Below, in pieces: positions 23,122 to 36,534 of a stretch of DNA of 64,000 nucleotides (the stretch's first letter is position 1; each line of letters opens with the position of its first letter). Below the pieces are notes generated by a model, which was given only the letters and a program-made list of their open reading frames with translations, was not told where the DNA came from and searched no databases. Source of the stretch: Lepidodermella squamata (lineage: Eukaryota > Animalia > Gastrotricha); assembly GCA_047495785.1 (NCBI GenBank), contig JBLDXI010000010.1, positions 2,170,001 through 2,234,000 of the forward strand, written 5' to 3'. Both the position numbers and the translations under genes were made by a program.

Positions 23122-24124
23122 TCAATTATCTGAAGCAAGAAACTTGGGAAGAACGAATTGATCAATATTTCGAAAAGCGCCGTCTTTCTTGAGTTGCTCA
23201 AATAGCCCCTTCAGCAGCTCCTTCTCATCCAACAACGGCCACTTGCATCGGCTGGCTTCAACGCCATCGATGATTTCTTTGACAGTTCGCGAACTGATGA
23301 AATGGAACGGAACCTCTGAGCCATCCTTCATTCTTGCGACGTTGTATTCCAGGAATTGGTCTCTGTAATTGGTCTTGATTTTATTTCTCACGCCTTCGGC
23401 TACATGTCTTCGCTCGTTGACAGGGCAGTCCTCCCAATATTTATTCTCCGCGTCGTAGTAATCACTGGCAAGATCAACATCAGCCTTCGACCTCACGAAA
23501 ACAACTCTCTGGCCATGTCGAATCGCTTCTCTCGCAAACCCAACGTCAAACTGAGACAGGCGATTGCCGGTCACAATGATCAACGAATCCATCAGATACA
23601 GAAAGTTGTCAGCGTAATAACTCGCAACCGGATGTTTTTGTGTAGCCGAACCAGGCACGTCCCAGAACACGACGTTGTTCGCGTTATCAGCGTAAGGCGT
23701 TGGCTTCATTGTGCCCTCGACAACACTCGTGTGGGCCTTCGCGCCCGGAACCAGGGCATTGATAAGGCTTGACTTGCCAACGCCGGCGATGCCGATTATG
23801 GCGAAGTTGAATTTGTCGAGATTTAGGCCGTAATCTTTCGCCTTCTGCTTGATTTCAGCCTCCATTCGCTTGCGCTTCGCCTCTTTCTCAGCTTCGATGC
23901 GTTGCTTCTCTTCGAGCAGCTTTTTCTTGACAGCTTTGTCGGTTTCAACTGCCATGTTGTTTTGCAGTACCGACATTTGGGCTTGGAGTGTTTCAAGCAT
24001 TTTCTAGTAACAATAAACAATAAAGGTGAGACGAATCCCGAAGAAATTATTGGCATCATACCGATATTTCCGGCGGGACTCGATACTCAATTACTTGACG
24101 CCGGCCTCCTAGAAGATTACCCAT
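23122..24124 (-). CDS. IRG/IIGP-like GTPase, clade B copy 3 (MGNLLG N-terminus)
   Basis: Exon 1 24124-24062 MGNLLGGRRQVIEYRVPPEIS, intron GTATGA...TAG, exon 2 24003-23122 with GIAGVGKS, WDVPG, RSKAD. Confidence 0.9.
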
Positions 24125-24445
24125 GATAATGAAATTGGAGTAGCAAATCGAAATCAACCTAAAAAGATTCGGAAATACATTGCAGAAATCATGAGCTCTT
24201 TTTATAGCAATAGCAAAAAAGTTTAACATAGTTTCGCTTTGTAGCATAACTTGCAAACACGGGGGAGCCCTTATTTTATAAGCAATGTTATTTTTCGAAA
24301 CAAATTCGTATTATAAAATACGAAATATTGCATTGCATGTATCACAACCGATTGGGTAGATGAAAAAACGAAGCATGCATCCATCGAATATGAATCATAC
24401 AATTCATTAATGCAAACGTTCAAGCCGTGAAGCAATCGCGTGCCC

Positions 24446-24686
24446 AGGGTGCGATCTTGGATCTCCGAGCTGCCAGGGATGGGAAATTTTTTTTTGCTGT
24501 TTTTGCCAAAATGACTAGTCATTTCGGCTAATAACAGAGCGAAGCAAGAAAATTTTGGCGATTTTTCACTGAAACACGCTCCAGAACCTTCCAAAATTAA
24601 CAAAACAGTGGAATAAATTCTCATTTTGTCGTCTAGCCCGGTCGAGCTGATGGGATGATCCCCCCCCCCCCCCCCCCCCACCCCCC
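24446..24686. repeat. Interspersed repeat, second copy inverted at about 51545-51772
   Basis: Shared sequence, seen as similar spurious ORFs (KMRIY.TVLLI.EGSGACFS). C-rich end. Confidence 0.65.
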
Positions 24687-24908
24687 TGAAAGTCGCACAC
24701 TGCGCGTGCCATCAACAAATAATCACTGGCATCACTCTTATGCTCAGGCAACATACTTATAACCTTCAAAACGCTACGATCTTGGTCTTGTATATTGAGT
24801 ACCTCAACACTATTTTGGGCGAGGCCAATGCCAATGATTACCTCCATGTTTGCCTCAAGTGGCCCACCTAATTTTACTAGCAATTCTTCTAAAATCTTAT
24901 GGGTCCTC

Positions 24909-25236
24909 CGGTGAGCGGAACCAAATTTGCTGTATCGGAACCAATATGCTGTAGCGGAACCAAATTTTAGACTTTTCTAGTGGCCTGAAATCGCTTTTCG
25001 GATATTTATTGCAGGTCAAGATTGGCCACAATAATTCTAGAAAATTCACAGGTGAATTCAGCACACTATTCTCTATCAGACGGAGTGTTCAATTCAGAAT
25101 TCATGCTTAGCCTAAAATTCGTCTAAATATTCAAAAAATAACTCTTAGCATATTTCGACTTTGGTTCCGCTACAGCAAATTTGGTTCCGCTACAGCATAT
25201 TTGGTTCTGCTACAGCAAATTAGTGTCCGCTCACCG
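24909..25236. mobile_element. MITE with CGGTGAGCGGAACC ends and 20-bp subterminal repeats; related end at about 13010-13095
   Basis: Terminal inverted repeats and repeated TTTGGTTCCGCTACAGCA units. Confidence 0.7.
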
Positions 25237-25276
25237 TAAATTTGGTTCCGCTAAAAGATATTCTGAAATCTTATAG

Positions 25277-26147
25277 GCCCAATTAGCTCCACTGCAAAGC
25301 AACATCGCAGTAGCCGACAAAGCTGTGAAGCTAAAGCTGCTCGAAGAGAAGCAACTCATCGAAGAAGAGGCGAAGCGCAAGCGAATCGTGTCGGAAATCA
25401 AGCGAAAGGCGACGGAATTTGGTCTAGATCCCGATGACTTTAACTTTGCAATTATCGGGCAAGCCGGCGTCGGGAAGTCGACTCTCATTAATGGTTCTAG
25501 GCGCCAATGCCCACGCGAGTGTTGTGGAGGGCACTCATCGACCAAAGCCTTACCGGAGCCGCACTGCTAACGTGAATAACATCGTTTTCTGGGACGTTCT
25601 GGCGACGCTACGGCATCCGTCGCGAATTATTACGCTGACAACTTTCTGTACCTAATGGAATCGGTGATCATTGTGAGTGGCAATCGCCTGTCTGAATTTG
25701 AAGTTGGGTTTGCGAAACAAGCGATTAGACATGGCCAGAGAGTTGTTTTCGTGAGGTCGAAGGCTGATGCGTATCTGCTTAACTATTACTTCGATACGGA
25801 GGGGAAATCTTGGGAAGAGTGCTCGACTAACGACCGGAATCATCTGGCCAATGCAGTAAAGCACGAAATTATGAGGAATTTCAAGTTCCTCGAAGCCGAC
25901 ATTGCGACAATAAAGGATGGAAAGGATGGAGTTTCCGTTTCATTACATCAGTTCGCAGACCGTTGATGAAATTGTCAAAGGCGTTGAGACTAACCGACAC
26001 AAGTGGTCCCTGTTGGATGAGAAGAGGCTGGTGAAGACGTTGTACAAGCGCGTCAAGAGAGACGGTGCTTTGCGAAGTATTGACAGCTTCATTCTTCCTC
26101 AACTTCTTGATTCGAAAGGACTTGTCACATTCAAGGTCAAGTTGTGA
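25277..26147 (+). pseudogene. IRG/IIGP-like clade B pseudogene
   Basis: GQAGVGKS, SVVEGT, FWDV and RSKAD spread over several frames (multiple frameshifts). Exon 1 not found; a MITE lies directly upstream. Confidence 0.85.
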
Positions 26148-26682
26148 GAGCTATTGATTTATTTTCGTTTTAATTTCATTACTAATGCGTGACTGTTTAC
26201 TTTGATCTGCTTGAATTTGTGAATAAAAAGTGCAAGATTGCCTCATTTTTTCCCAGATCCATTTGCATTCAGCACCTGCAGGCTTTTATGGCAAAGTACA
26301 TAGGGATGAGGTCTGGAAAGTGAACCCTTTTTGGCAAGAGTGACGTCATCAAAATTTCCAATATTGTTCCTCCAGGGTTACAAGCCCTCGTAGTTTACTG
26401 GTCCTTGGATTCCATAATGTTGCGTCGGCCCCATCACGAGAAGGGGTGTTACCAATCCTGCTATTCTTTAAAGTAAATTTTTCGTCACTTGAGTTAGACT
26501 CAGGCGAACGAATTTTTGACCTTTTTGAAAAATGGGGAAAAATCCAGCCTCAAACTTGGCAAATACGGGAATGAGCTTTATGCCAATTCAGTCCTAACAG
26601 AATGATATATCAATAAACTTCCCTTGTTGGAATTAGCAAGAAAATATCAGAATTGAGTTGTTAGGTACCTCTATAAGTGAAA

Positions 26683-29625
26683 TCATATGATCGGAGAGTT
26701 ATTTTGAGGCCTATTGATTACTGGCTGACGAATCCGGCGGCGGCGGGGATTGCGGATTTGCGGCTGTCGCAAATGCAACACTGCGGCTGCTTCATTAATG
26801 GCGACGAAGATCAGCGAAGCGCAAGCTACGGTTGTGGTCACGTGTCGCGCACTGGCCCAGTCCAATACGGCGATGACGACAGCCGCTATTGTAACGCCAC
26901 AGCTGCATATCGCATGAATAGCTAGCCAACTCACGCGACGATGTCTAGCATTCTGAAACGAAAATGAATAATATGCGCCAGAAGTCCGAAATATCTTTAA
27001 ACGATAACCGCTATGAAATTGGACTTAGGATAAGTATACCAAAATTAGAAACCAAACAATATACAGTACTCCCTCGATAAAAACTAAAAATTGCTCACTG
27101 TAGCTGGGTGAATCCGTGAAGATTTTGAAGCCACCTTGACACTGTAGATAACCATAATGCCGTGCAAGATTACCGACGTTGAAAATAACGCTAATGCCGC
27201 TGTTGAAGCGAAAAAGCCGAAAACGCAATCAATTCGGTATGACTCAACTTTCCATCTGCCCTCGTTAGCATCGGCCGAATCACTAAGTAAAGTTATTTGT
27301 TTCCGGCGAGTTGGTGAAACGATAAGAGCAATGCCGATCAGAACCAGGTGCAAAAGCGCCCATAAGATAATCATAAAGGTCGACCATGCAAATCGAACAT
27401 TTGGCTTGTTCAAGCTTATTTGATGAGCCGTGGCTGATGTAACGAGCGAAAACCCAGCTGACAACAGCATTACCATTCCATTACAGCTTTGTTCGCTTGA
27501 CATGCTGGTTAAAGATATTGCGAAGACGTGCGAGACCATGAAAGCGTCACCGAGTAGCATGATTCTCAAAGGCCAGGTAAAACGGCTCTTGATGTTGGTC
27601 GTATTCTTCGATAGAAAAGGCATTATCGGCATTAGAATAGCGACCAAAGCCAAAGCTATGGCGAATCCTTCAAGAAATCACATTTTGCTTTCGTAGTCAG
27701 TTGTAGTTTTAAATCTAAGAGCGTTTTAATTTGGGAAGTACTCTCATTTTCCGGCGATGATGCGCTCATTTTCAGCACAGCCATACGCTTTGATAATAGC
27801 ATTGTTTCCATCATAATTTGACTTCGCCCGGGAGTTGGAAAATTTTTTGTTCCATACCTTTCAAGACTGCGTTCAGCGATAGAGCCAGCGTGCTTTGCAG
27901 ATCTCGAATGACGCGTGGCGAATCAACTGGAGGTTTATTGCCCTCCGTTCGCCAGTTCACAGCTGTCGGTCTAAGAATCATTGTTCGATTTTTGTTGTGA
28001 CTGGGAGACGAGATCGCCACGTGCTCGCTGGTGGTTAGATTGTCGATCACCCGGGTTTGACTGAATCCAACCTCGAACATGGTTTCATTGAATTCATAGT
28101 TCGCCTTCAAACCCGTAAAACTAATCTTAAGCATGACTTCTTTCATCACGCTCGCAAGTTCGGCACCCAAAGTGCGAAAATTCTCATCTTTAGTGAACCA
28201 ATCAGATAACGTTTCGTTGCCTGTTGGAAAAAATTGAATTTTTCTGGAATGAAAATTGATAGCTCTATTACGATTTCTGAGGGCTGCTTCGGTTGCGTTA
28301 AGAATGATACCAGTGGCTAATGCCTGGTCGTAGCAAATTGCTGGCCAATATTCGTAGCTGCGAGACATTTGAGGGCTTTCGATATTCTCGGCTAGAATGG
28401 TTTGAAGGTCGTGCAAAGATTGGCCGGGGCTGTCTGAAAACGTATTGCCAACGGGGTTGTCCACGGTCATGTCAGAAAGCCGAATAACACTCTCTAATGC
28501 CTACATATAGGAATGATTGGTAACAAACGTAGCACCGAGTACCGAGTAGCAACGCACTTTTAACACCACTTCCATCGTGCACCAATCAGCTTTCTCTGGG
28601 ATAACCGGTGGGCTGCCGATGTTGACCCAATTCGGCAGCAAAAACACGTATTTCGGACCATACAACCCGTTTTTATAAAGCAGGCATAACGTTAGGGCAT
28701 TGTTGAAGGTATTCACCACAATAATTCTGGGATCATGTGATATGAATTGCTCCAGGGAGAGATATTCGTAGCTCAGATCGAAGTTAACCTTTTCTTGATA
28801 CAGAAGTCGAATTCCAACGGTCTCAAAATGTTGCGAAAAGTAGGTATCCATCTAAAATTGGCGGCTTTGAATCAATAATGGCGTCATGTTATCATCATCC
28901 AAGCTAACCAAAGTTGAATAAGGATTTCTTTCTGAAATGATCGCCACATTATACCAGTTCATTGCCTTCATGAATTGCGACAAAGCCCGGGAGTAGCAGT
29001 CAGGGGTATCTCCTATCGCGAAGAAATTCGCGTATTTATTTCGATCTGTCAAAACGTCGAAGGTGACAGGGTAGATCGACAGCTGAAACAGAGAAACATT
29101 ACATCTATGGTGAAGGAAGCTGTTACTACAACTGTCAACTAACCCCTACGAAATTAAACTGTTTCAGCATCATCGCGGTAAGGCTCTGCGTTTGAGGGCT
29201 GCATTCAGTCAGCACGGCGAAAGGGAAGCGATTTTCGACATTGTCAATGTCGAGGATTCGAGTCGTGAATTCACCGATTCCTAATGCATCGTCACACTTG
29301 AAAATAGGGAGATACGGGTTCAGATAACGTTTGAGTGTGGGAAGAGGGAAGAACACTTTACCGAATCGTCGAAATATTCGAATCCCACGTCGTAATGAGG
29401 TTGCTTCCTCAAGTTCTCTAGCGCTGCTCGATGAGCTACTGTACACAGAGGCCCGGCTGGGAACAAACCAGAGTAAGTAACGCTAGCCAGCACTTTAAGC
29501 AGGGTTCGGCTTGAATTAGCTCGAGGCAAAGCTACTAGCTCAGGTATTGACTCGTCCAGACTCAGTTTCGCTGATACATGTGCCATAATTTGGAGAAGAG
29601 TTATCAATACTTCTACCACAGTCAT
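26683..29625 (-). CDS. Divergent GABA-B-type class C GPCR, copy 1 (multi-exon)
   Basis: Signal peptide, Venus-flytrap/ANF-receptor domain (DPRIIVVN...CLLYKNGLYGPKYVFLLPNW, cf. GABA-B DARIIVG...YVW), no Cys-rich domain, seven hydrophobic helices with TM3 and ECL2 cysteines, short basic C-tail. Confidence 0.75.
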
Positions 29626-31223
29626 AATGGGCTCAACAAGTAGGAGACGATAATCTATGAAGAAATAACCATTTTTTGGCGATTAGCCAGCCTCAGTTCT
29701 TGCTATCATGGGATTCTGGAGAATCATGAAAAAACTACAGCAAAATCTGCCCTAGTAATTGCGACCTAAATTGCGCGGTTTAAATGACAGTTGACGAATG
29801 AGGACGCCTGATTATGTTACCGAGAGATGGTGAATACGTAACGAGGGTAGAGTAGACTCGTTGTCGAAAACAACGTCATAAATCAACTCTAGATTTTCAG
29901 CTGAGAATTTCTGAATGTATTTTGATGGTGATTATATATGAATTTAGGGCCACAGCTAGCGGATATATATTTTCAAGCGTCAGGTAGCAAAACTCTACTA
30001 CTAATTCGCAGGTATATGAGAAAGTGTTATGTGACTAGTGACAATACATTCTTATGCATTATTTCATTATTGACTTCCCGTCAGGCTCAAACGCGTTTTT
30101 TATGCTACTAACGAAGCGTGAATCTCGTTACATGATACCTGCTTCCGTTCATATTGAGGATGATTAAGCATGAGTGATCATTCAGGGACAACTTCAACTT
30201 TAATCGTTAATGCACCACGCGCATTGTTGGGAACTTCTCAACTTGAGGAGGTATGTTTGCGTGGATTCGCGTGGTCGTTGTGCCTGCCATGAAGAACCCG
30301 TGTAAGACACCATGGATAAAATCGGGTAATAGGGTTGACGGAATTTGATATGCGATCAGTGACATGTTATGTTCTATGCTGTGATTATGCATCGATTTTT
30401 GCGCTACCGTTAATACCGTCATCGTTCGTTCTTCTCAAACATCTTGCTTGTATGATTTAAGTTATTTTCTCTGTTAGCGATAATAAACCCGAACTTTGCC
30501 TGAGATGAACTCTTGACACAGCCTTGTTATACGTGTAAGTTTAAATCTTGGATGGTTAAGGGATTTGCCAAAGTTGCCCATCGCGAAAAATGAATCAACA
30601 TAAAGCAGAAACTGTGTCTGTTATTTTCCCAAACCAGCCGTTCACGATGAAAAAGGTTTCTAATCGTTATCGAATTGTCGCGTTGCGTTTGAATATCGTC
30701 CAGGTCGATAAAGTTTCCCCGGGAAATCGCCTTAAGGCTAAATCTCGTCGCAAGTCGGCTGTAATGGGCTTGAATAGAAAAACCAATACTCTCGAGACTC
30801 CAACGAAAGCTTTCAATTTTGATTTTGATTTTGCTTTTGTCTTTGATGGTTCCTAAACTATTGCTACAAAAGTATGCGAAATTTAGGGACAAATAAACTG
30901 ATTTTCGTTTTGTTTTCGTTCGTTTACATCATTCTTTAAAATTCAGCCTGGTCGCAAGTCGGTTATAATGCGTCTCAATCGTGTGATCCTGCATTTTAGC
31001 TACTCGGGAAATATTATTATCAATTATCAATGTTTGCTCGCGGATAAAAAGTAACGTAGGTGTTTTCCTTGTGATATCATTCTATGCTGGTATCCGAGAC
31101 TTGCTTAGAGAAACGCAAGCACAAGGCCCAAACGTTGATCTTTTCAACAGTCTCTTCATGGCTCGAAAGATTCTGCTTATTTTTGCAGAAAACAATTCCA
31201 CAAAATAACCAGAAGATCAAAAA

Positions 31224-34016
31224 TCAGGCTAGGTTCGTGATCCAGATTTTTTGTCTTGTTTTCGGCGAAGGTGGCCATCGAGTTGGCAAACGATTCGACC
31301 AGTGAACCGACCGAGGGGAGGAATCGCAACGGGAAATAGCAATTGAGATAGGAGGCTGCCGTAGATGCTGTGCTACGGCTGCTTCATTGATGACAACGAA
31401 ACAAATTGACGCGCAAGCTACGGCTGTGGTCACATGACTCGCGTTCGACCAGTCGAGAAGGGCGATGAGAACAGCTGCTATGATAATGCCACAGCTGCAA
31501 ATTGCAAAAGCTGCCATCCAATTGACACGATGTTTCCTGGACCTCTAAAATTTGAAGGTTAAACAAATCATTCGCAATTTTATCAAATCTGGAGCTGGAC
31601 TAAAGTTACAGACCCTCACTCACTTTTGTGTAAACATCCCGGGATTTGACTGATGCCACAGCAACCACGACATAGTATATCAACAGCAAGCAGTGTAAGA
31701 TAGCCGAAGTTGCAAAAAGTGCCAGTGCAGATTTTGATATGAAAAATCCAAATGCACAATCCATTCGATACGGCTGCACTGCCCACCTACCCTCCACTGT
31801 ATCAGCAAATCCATTCCGCAAAATGAACTCACGGAGGCGGGTTGGTGAAACGCCAAGAGCAGCGCCAATGAAAACCAAGTGCAAAATCGTCCACGTCCAG
31901 GAGATTCCAAATGACCTCCTAAATGAGACATTTGGCTGCTTCGAGCTAAGTGAATGAGCTACGGCCGATGTAACCATCGAAAATCCAGCTGACCAAAGCA
32001 AGGCCATAGCATTACAGCTTTGCAGGTTTGAAGAACCTCTCAAGGGCATAACGAGTATGTTGATGGTGATCAGAACATCTCCTAGTAGCATCCATTTAAC
32101 AGGCCAAGTAATACGAGGTTTGATGTGGCTCAATCTTTTCAAAAGACAGGGAGCTATTAGAATTGCGATTGCTATCAAAACCAGAGCGGAGCCGAGGCCT
32201 ATGCAAAGAGGGAAATAAAAATGGGTTCCTAATTTCCACGCAAAAAAGTCTACTTTTTAAAGTTGCGCTCAGAGCTATAGGTAGAGGATCGTGAAGGTTT
32301 CTCGTGATGCGAATCTTATCAACGGGAGGGACGTTTCCCTTTGTCCGCCATTTCATAGCTGCCGGTTTTAGAGTCATCGTTCGATTATTGTTATGAGATG
32401 GAGACGATAGAGCCACCAGATCTGAGGTTGTGAGGTTACCAACGACACGGGTTTGACTGAATCCAACCACGAACATAGTTTTATTGAATTCGTAGTTCGC
32501 CTTTAACCCTGTGAACCTCATTTTAAGCATGACTTCTTTCATCACGTTTGCAAGATCGGCTCCCCGAGTGCGAAATTTGTCCTCGTTAGCGAACCAATCG
32601 GATAAAGTTTCGTTGCCTGTAAAAGAATTAATAAGTTTACCTATTTGGAAAGAAGCAGAGGCTTACGATTATTAAGAGCTGCTTCTGTTGCGTTCAGCAT
32701 GATTCCGGTAGCTATCGCCTGGTCGTAACAGATCGCCGGCCAGTAATCGTAGCCTCGTGACATTTGAGGGCTTTCGATATTTTCTGCCAGAATCGATTGA
32801 AGACCGGGCAAAGATTGTCCTGAGCTGTCACGAAAAGTGTTGCCAACGTGGGCGTCCCATGTCATATCCGTGAGCCGGATAACGCTCTCCAATGTCTACA
32901 AATAGGAAGATCAGTAAAATAATCACTACTTGGCAATATAATATTATAACAACACACTTTAAGCACCATGTGCAGCTCACACCAATCGGCTTCTTCAGGG
33001 ATCATAGGCGGGCTTCCGATGTTGTCCCAATTCGGCAGCAGAAACACGTATTTTGGACCGTAGAGCCCGTTTTTATAAAGAAGGCATAAAGTTAGGGCAT
33101 TGTTGAAGGTATTGACCACAATAATTCTAGGATCATGTGATTTGAATTGCTCCAGGGAGAGATATTCGTAGCTCAGATCAAAATTGACCTTTTCTTGGTA
33201 CAGTAGGTGGATTCCGACGGTCTGAAAATGCTGCGAAAAGTAGGTATCCATCTGAAATTAGTAGTCACCAATCAATATCTAGGAAGTTGAGCGAAACTCA
33301 CCAAAGTTGAATAAGGATTTGTTTCTGAAATGATCGCCACGTGATACCAGTTCATTTTGATCATGAATTCAGATAAAGCCAGCGAGTAGACGTCTGGGTT
33401 ATCACCAATGGCGAAGAAATTTGCGAATCTTTTTCGATCTGTCAAAACGTCGAAGGTGACAGGGTAAATCGACAGCTGAAAAAAATGAATTTATATATTT
33501 TGAAGGGAAATGTAAGGAATCTCAGCTAACCCCTACGAAATTAAACTGATTTAGCATCATCGCTGTAAGGCTCTGCGTCTGAGGGCTGCATTCAGTCAGC
33601 ACGGCAAAAGGAAAACGATTTTCGACATTGTCGATGTCGAGGATTCGAGTCGCGAATTCACCGATTCCTAATGCATCGTCACACTGGAAAATTGGGCGAT
33701 AGTGTTTTATCTAGGACTTTGTTAACTGAAGTTTTACCGAATCATCGAAATATTCGAATCCCAAGTCGTAATGAGGCAGCCAGTTGGGTTGCTTCCTCAA
33801 GTTCTCTAATGCGGTTTGGTAGGCTACTGTGCAGATAGGTCCGGCTGGGAAGAAGCCAGAGTAAGTAACGCTAGTCAGCAATTTAAGCAGGGTTCGGCTT
33901 GAATTAGCTCGAGGCGACACGACCAGCTCAGGTATCGACTCGTCGAGACTTAGTTTCGCTGATGCATATGCAATAATTTGGAGGAGAGAGAACACTACTT
34001 CAGTCCATATAATCAT
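31224..34016 (-). CDS. Divergent GABA-B-type class C GPCR, copy 2 (multi-exon)
   Basis: Same exon order and motifs as copy 1. Starts MIIWTEVVFSLLQIIAYASA. Confidence 0.75.
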
Positions 34017-35684
34017 ATCAATATATCGGGTGCGACCTAAAGTAGCTGTCAGTGAAAAAGTTTTGAGGCATTTATACCAAAAAACTACGGACAAAAATGT
34101 TTGCATATTCAATGAATTTTGAGCCGTTTTGAAAAACAAATTTAAAATAGTCAGGGTAACCCAGCTCGGAGCGAAGTTGAAGTTAGTAAGTAGCATGGCA
34201 AGTTTTAGCCCTGTCGCAAGCTAATTATCTACCTTTACTTTTTGAAAAGCGAAATTCCACACTGATTTCGCGAATTAAAAATGCTATTAAATAACTAGAC
34301 GAAGAAAACCTACACTAGATCGATAAGTGCATTACAGAAAACTGATACGGTCGCCGTGGCGAGGGCGTTACTGTAGAATTGTGTTTCCTCCGAAAAAAAC
34401 GACACGTCTGTTTTTTGCTAAAGTATGCGCAAACGTCTTTTTGCCTCGCTTTTTTGAATAACTACGTAACCATAGGGATCCAAGTTCGCGAGATAGATGA
34501 TCTAGTCTGAGGTCAACTTTCCTCAATTTTGTTTTAGAATGGGGTTCGAGAGAAAAAACTGAAGACGAAAATGCTGTCCGTGGATAATATTAAAATTCTC
34601 ATTTGAAAAGGGCCTCTTACATGATTTGAGGTTGGATGGAGTCATCTTATTTGAAAAGGCTTTATCGGAAATGTTTCTTACCTGAGAATTAGGTCAATAA
34701 TAATCAATTAGTCAACAGGCAAATTTGACTTAGCGCCCACAGAAAGGGTCTTATCCACCAACCGCGATCGGTAACGATTCTGCGAAATTTGTTTCTATCT
34801 GTGACAATTTTAAGAAACCTAGAGTTTCGGATAGTCGTGCAATGTTTTCTCTGAAATCGCTGACTTTTTGAAACAAGCTCTTAGGGAATAATCAGACCAC
34901 GCCGGCTTTTTATTTGCTGAAAACCGCGTTTTCGCATCACTTACAGTTGAAAAGTTATTGGAAAAAGCGAGGCAAAAAACGTCTGCGCACCCCTTATTTG
35001 AATTTTTCTGAAGAGTCATTATTTCGCCTTGATATTTTCCCTAATGCATAGATTTTATATGATTTTAGTAGGAGAAAGTATGTGAAACGGAATTCCGCAA
35101 CTCGTTCTTGAATATGAGCACTAGACGTTAGCCTTGGACGTCCTTCATCTCGGAACGAAAAACGATTCAAAAAGTATGACGCACGAAGAGGCGACTGTGA
35201 TGAAGAGTTTTTCAAGTCTATTTGATTCCGGCTTTTTTCTAGAATCGACCTGCGCAAGTGCTGTCACGCTTCCGATGTATGTGTTTTTATACTTAATCTA
35301 TGTCCTTACTCAACTTTATGCGCGTTCCATGTTACGTCGGAGCTCATCAAGTTCAAGGTGAGGAAGGCAGGTTTAGCGATCCGTAGTCATGCCAAGTAAA
35401 TTGTGTCTCCCCGGGAGACAAAAACCCGTTTTATATTGCTTTTTGTTGTCAGGTTCGTGATCTGAACCTTCGACGATCTAGAAAGTATGAAGATGTATAC
35501 GGGAAACAGCTTTTATCTCAGTATTCAGGGACATTGATTCACTATTGATTTCGAAATTCAGTGATGAAAAAGGTTCTACGACACGATTGCGGAAGGGGCT
35601 TAGAAATGAAGATTCAAGATGCTTGGCTCGTTTATTTGATCATATTGGTCATGATCATTGATTTTCACTTTGAAATCAGCAGCC

Positions 35685-36160
35685 ATATCGTTAGCGTCGT
35701 TGGGTAACTCGAATTTAGGGCTGTTTACATCCATTTCAAGGGGATAGGAATTCTTTTGTTTTAGCCTTTTCATTCACGTTAAAAAAGCCGCTCTTTACTT
35801 GTCACCCGTAACCTTGAAATTGTTGTAAATGTCGTTGAAAGAAGAGCAATTTAGTTTTTTACCCCAAAAACCTAGATTTAAGAGCAATCCGAAGGGTCAT
35901 TTTTACTATAACAGTAAACATGAGGTCTAATAATTGATGCCCCGTGAACATATTCGCTCCGCTGTAAATGATTTTTCAATAAAAATATTGCTAAGCTAGC
36001 AGAGTTAGCTAGAAAGCCAGAAAAAGCATGTCAAAAATGTCAATAATTGGGTCAAAAACTGAAAATCTAGATTTTTGGCAAAAATGCGGATTGCTCTTCT
36101 TTCTACTACATACTACATAAACAGGCCCAAATCGAAGTTATTCAACGCCGCTAACGATAT
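35685..36160. mobile_element. MITE of the ATATCGTTAGCG family (also at 8683-9183 and about 9415-9455)
   Basis: About 45-bp imperfect terminal inverted repeats. Confidence 0.7.
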
Positions 36161-36163
36161 ATG

Positions 36164-36519
36164 TCATATGTTGCCATTTGCTAATCCTGCCATGACCCAG
36201 TTCTGCTCGCCGTTAACCGCCTTACCAAGTCGCGAACACGATGACATCACTTGACACTTTTTAGTTTGCGATTCGAGCGAAATTGCTACGCAGCCAGGTT
36301 GTGCCGTGCAAATAGCTAGGCAGGCGCCGTTTGTTTCTGCTTCTCCACTGGTGAGCACGTTGTTGTCCGATCTGCAGTTCATGGGAGTTCTCCGAAAAAC
36401 CCGAGCTTCTGTAACAGGTTGAAAATTATATAGCCTTAGTGATTTTTCGAAACAGTAAAACTAAAATTACTTGATAGGCCAATAACCAGAAAAAATGTTA
36501 ACAAGAATTTCGCCCACAT
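36164..36519 (-). CDS. Small secreted PAN/apple-domain protein (about 97 aa)
   Basis: Exon 1 36519-36471 MWAKFLLTFFLVIGLS (signal peptide), phase-1 intron, exon 2 36408-36164 with CLAICTAQPGCVAISL...CQV. Confidence 0.65.
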
Positions 36520-36534
36520 TATTTTAAAACTCTC

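Noticed and set aside
1709-26147. Bacterial origin or a prokaryotic defence operon
   Set aside because: Conserved spliceosomal introns, polyA signals and animal-type neighbouring genes.
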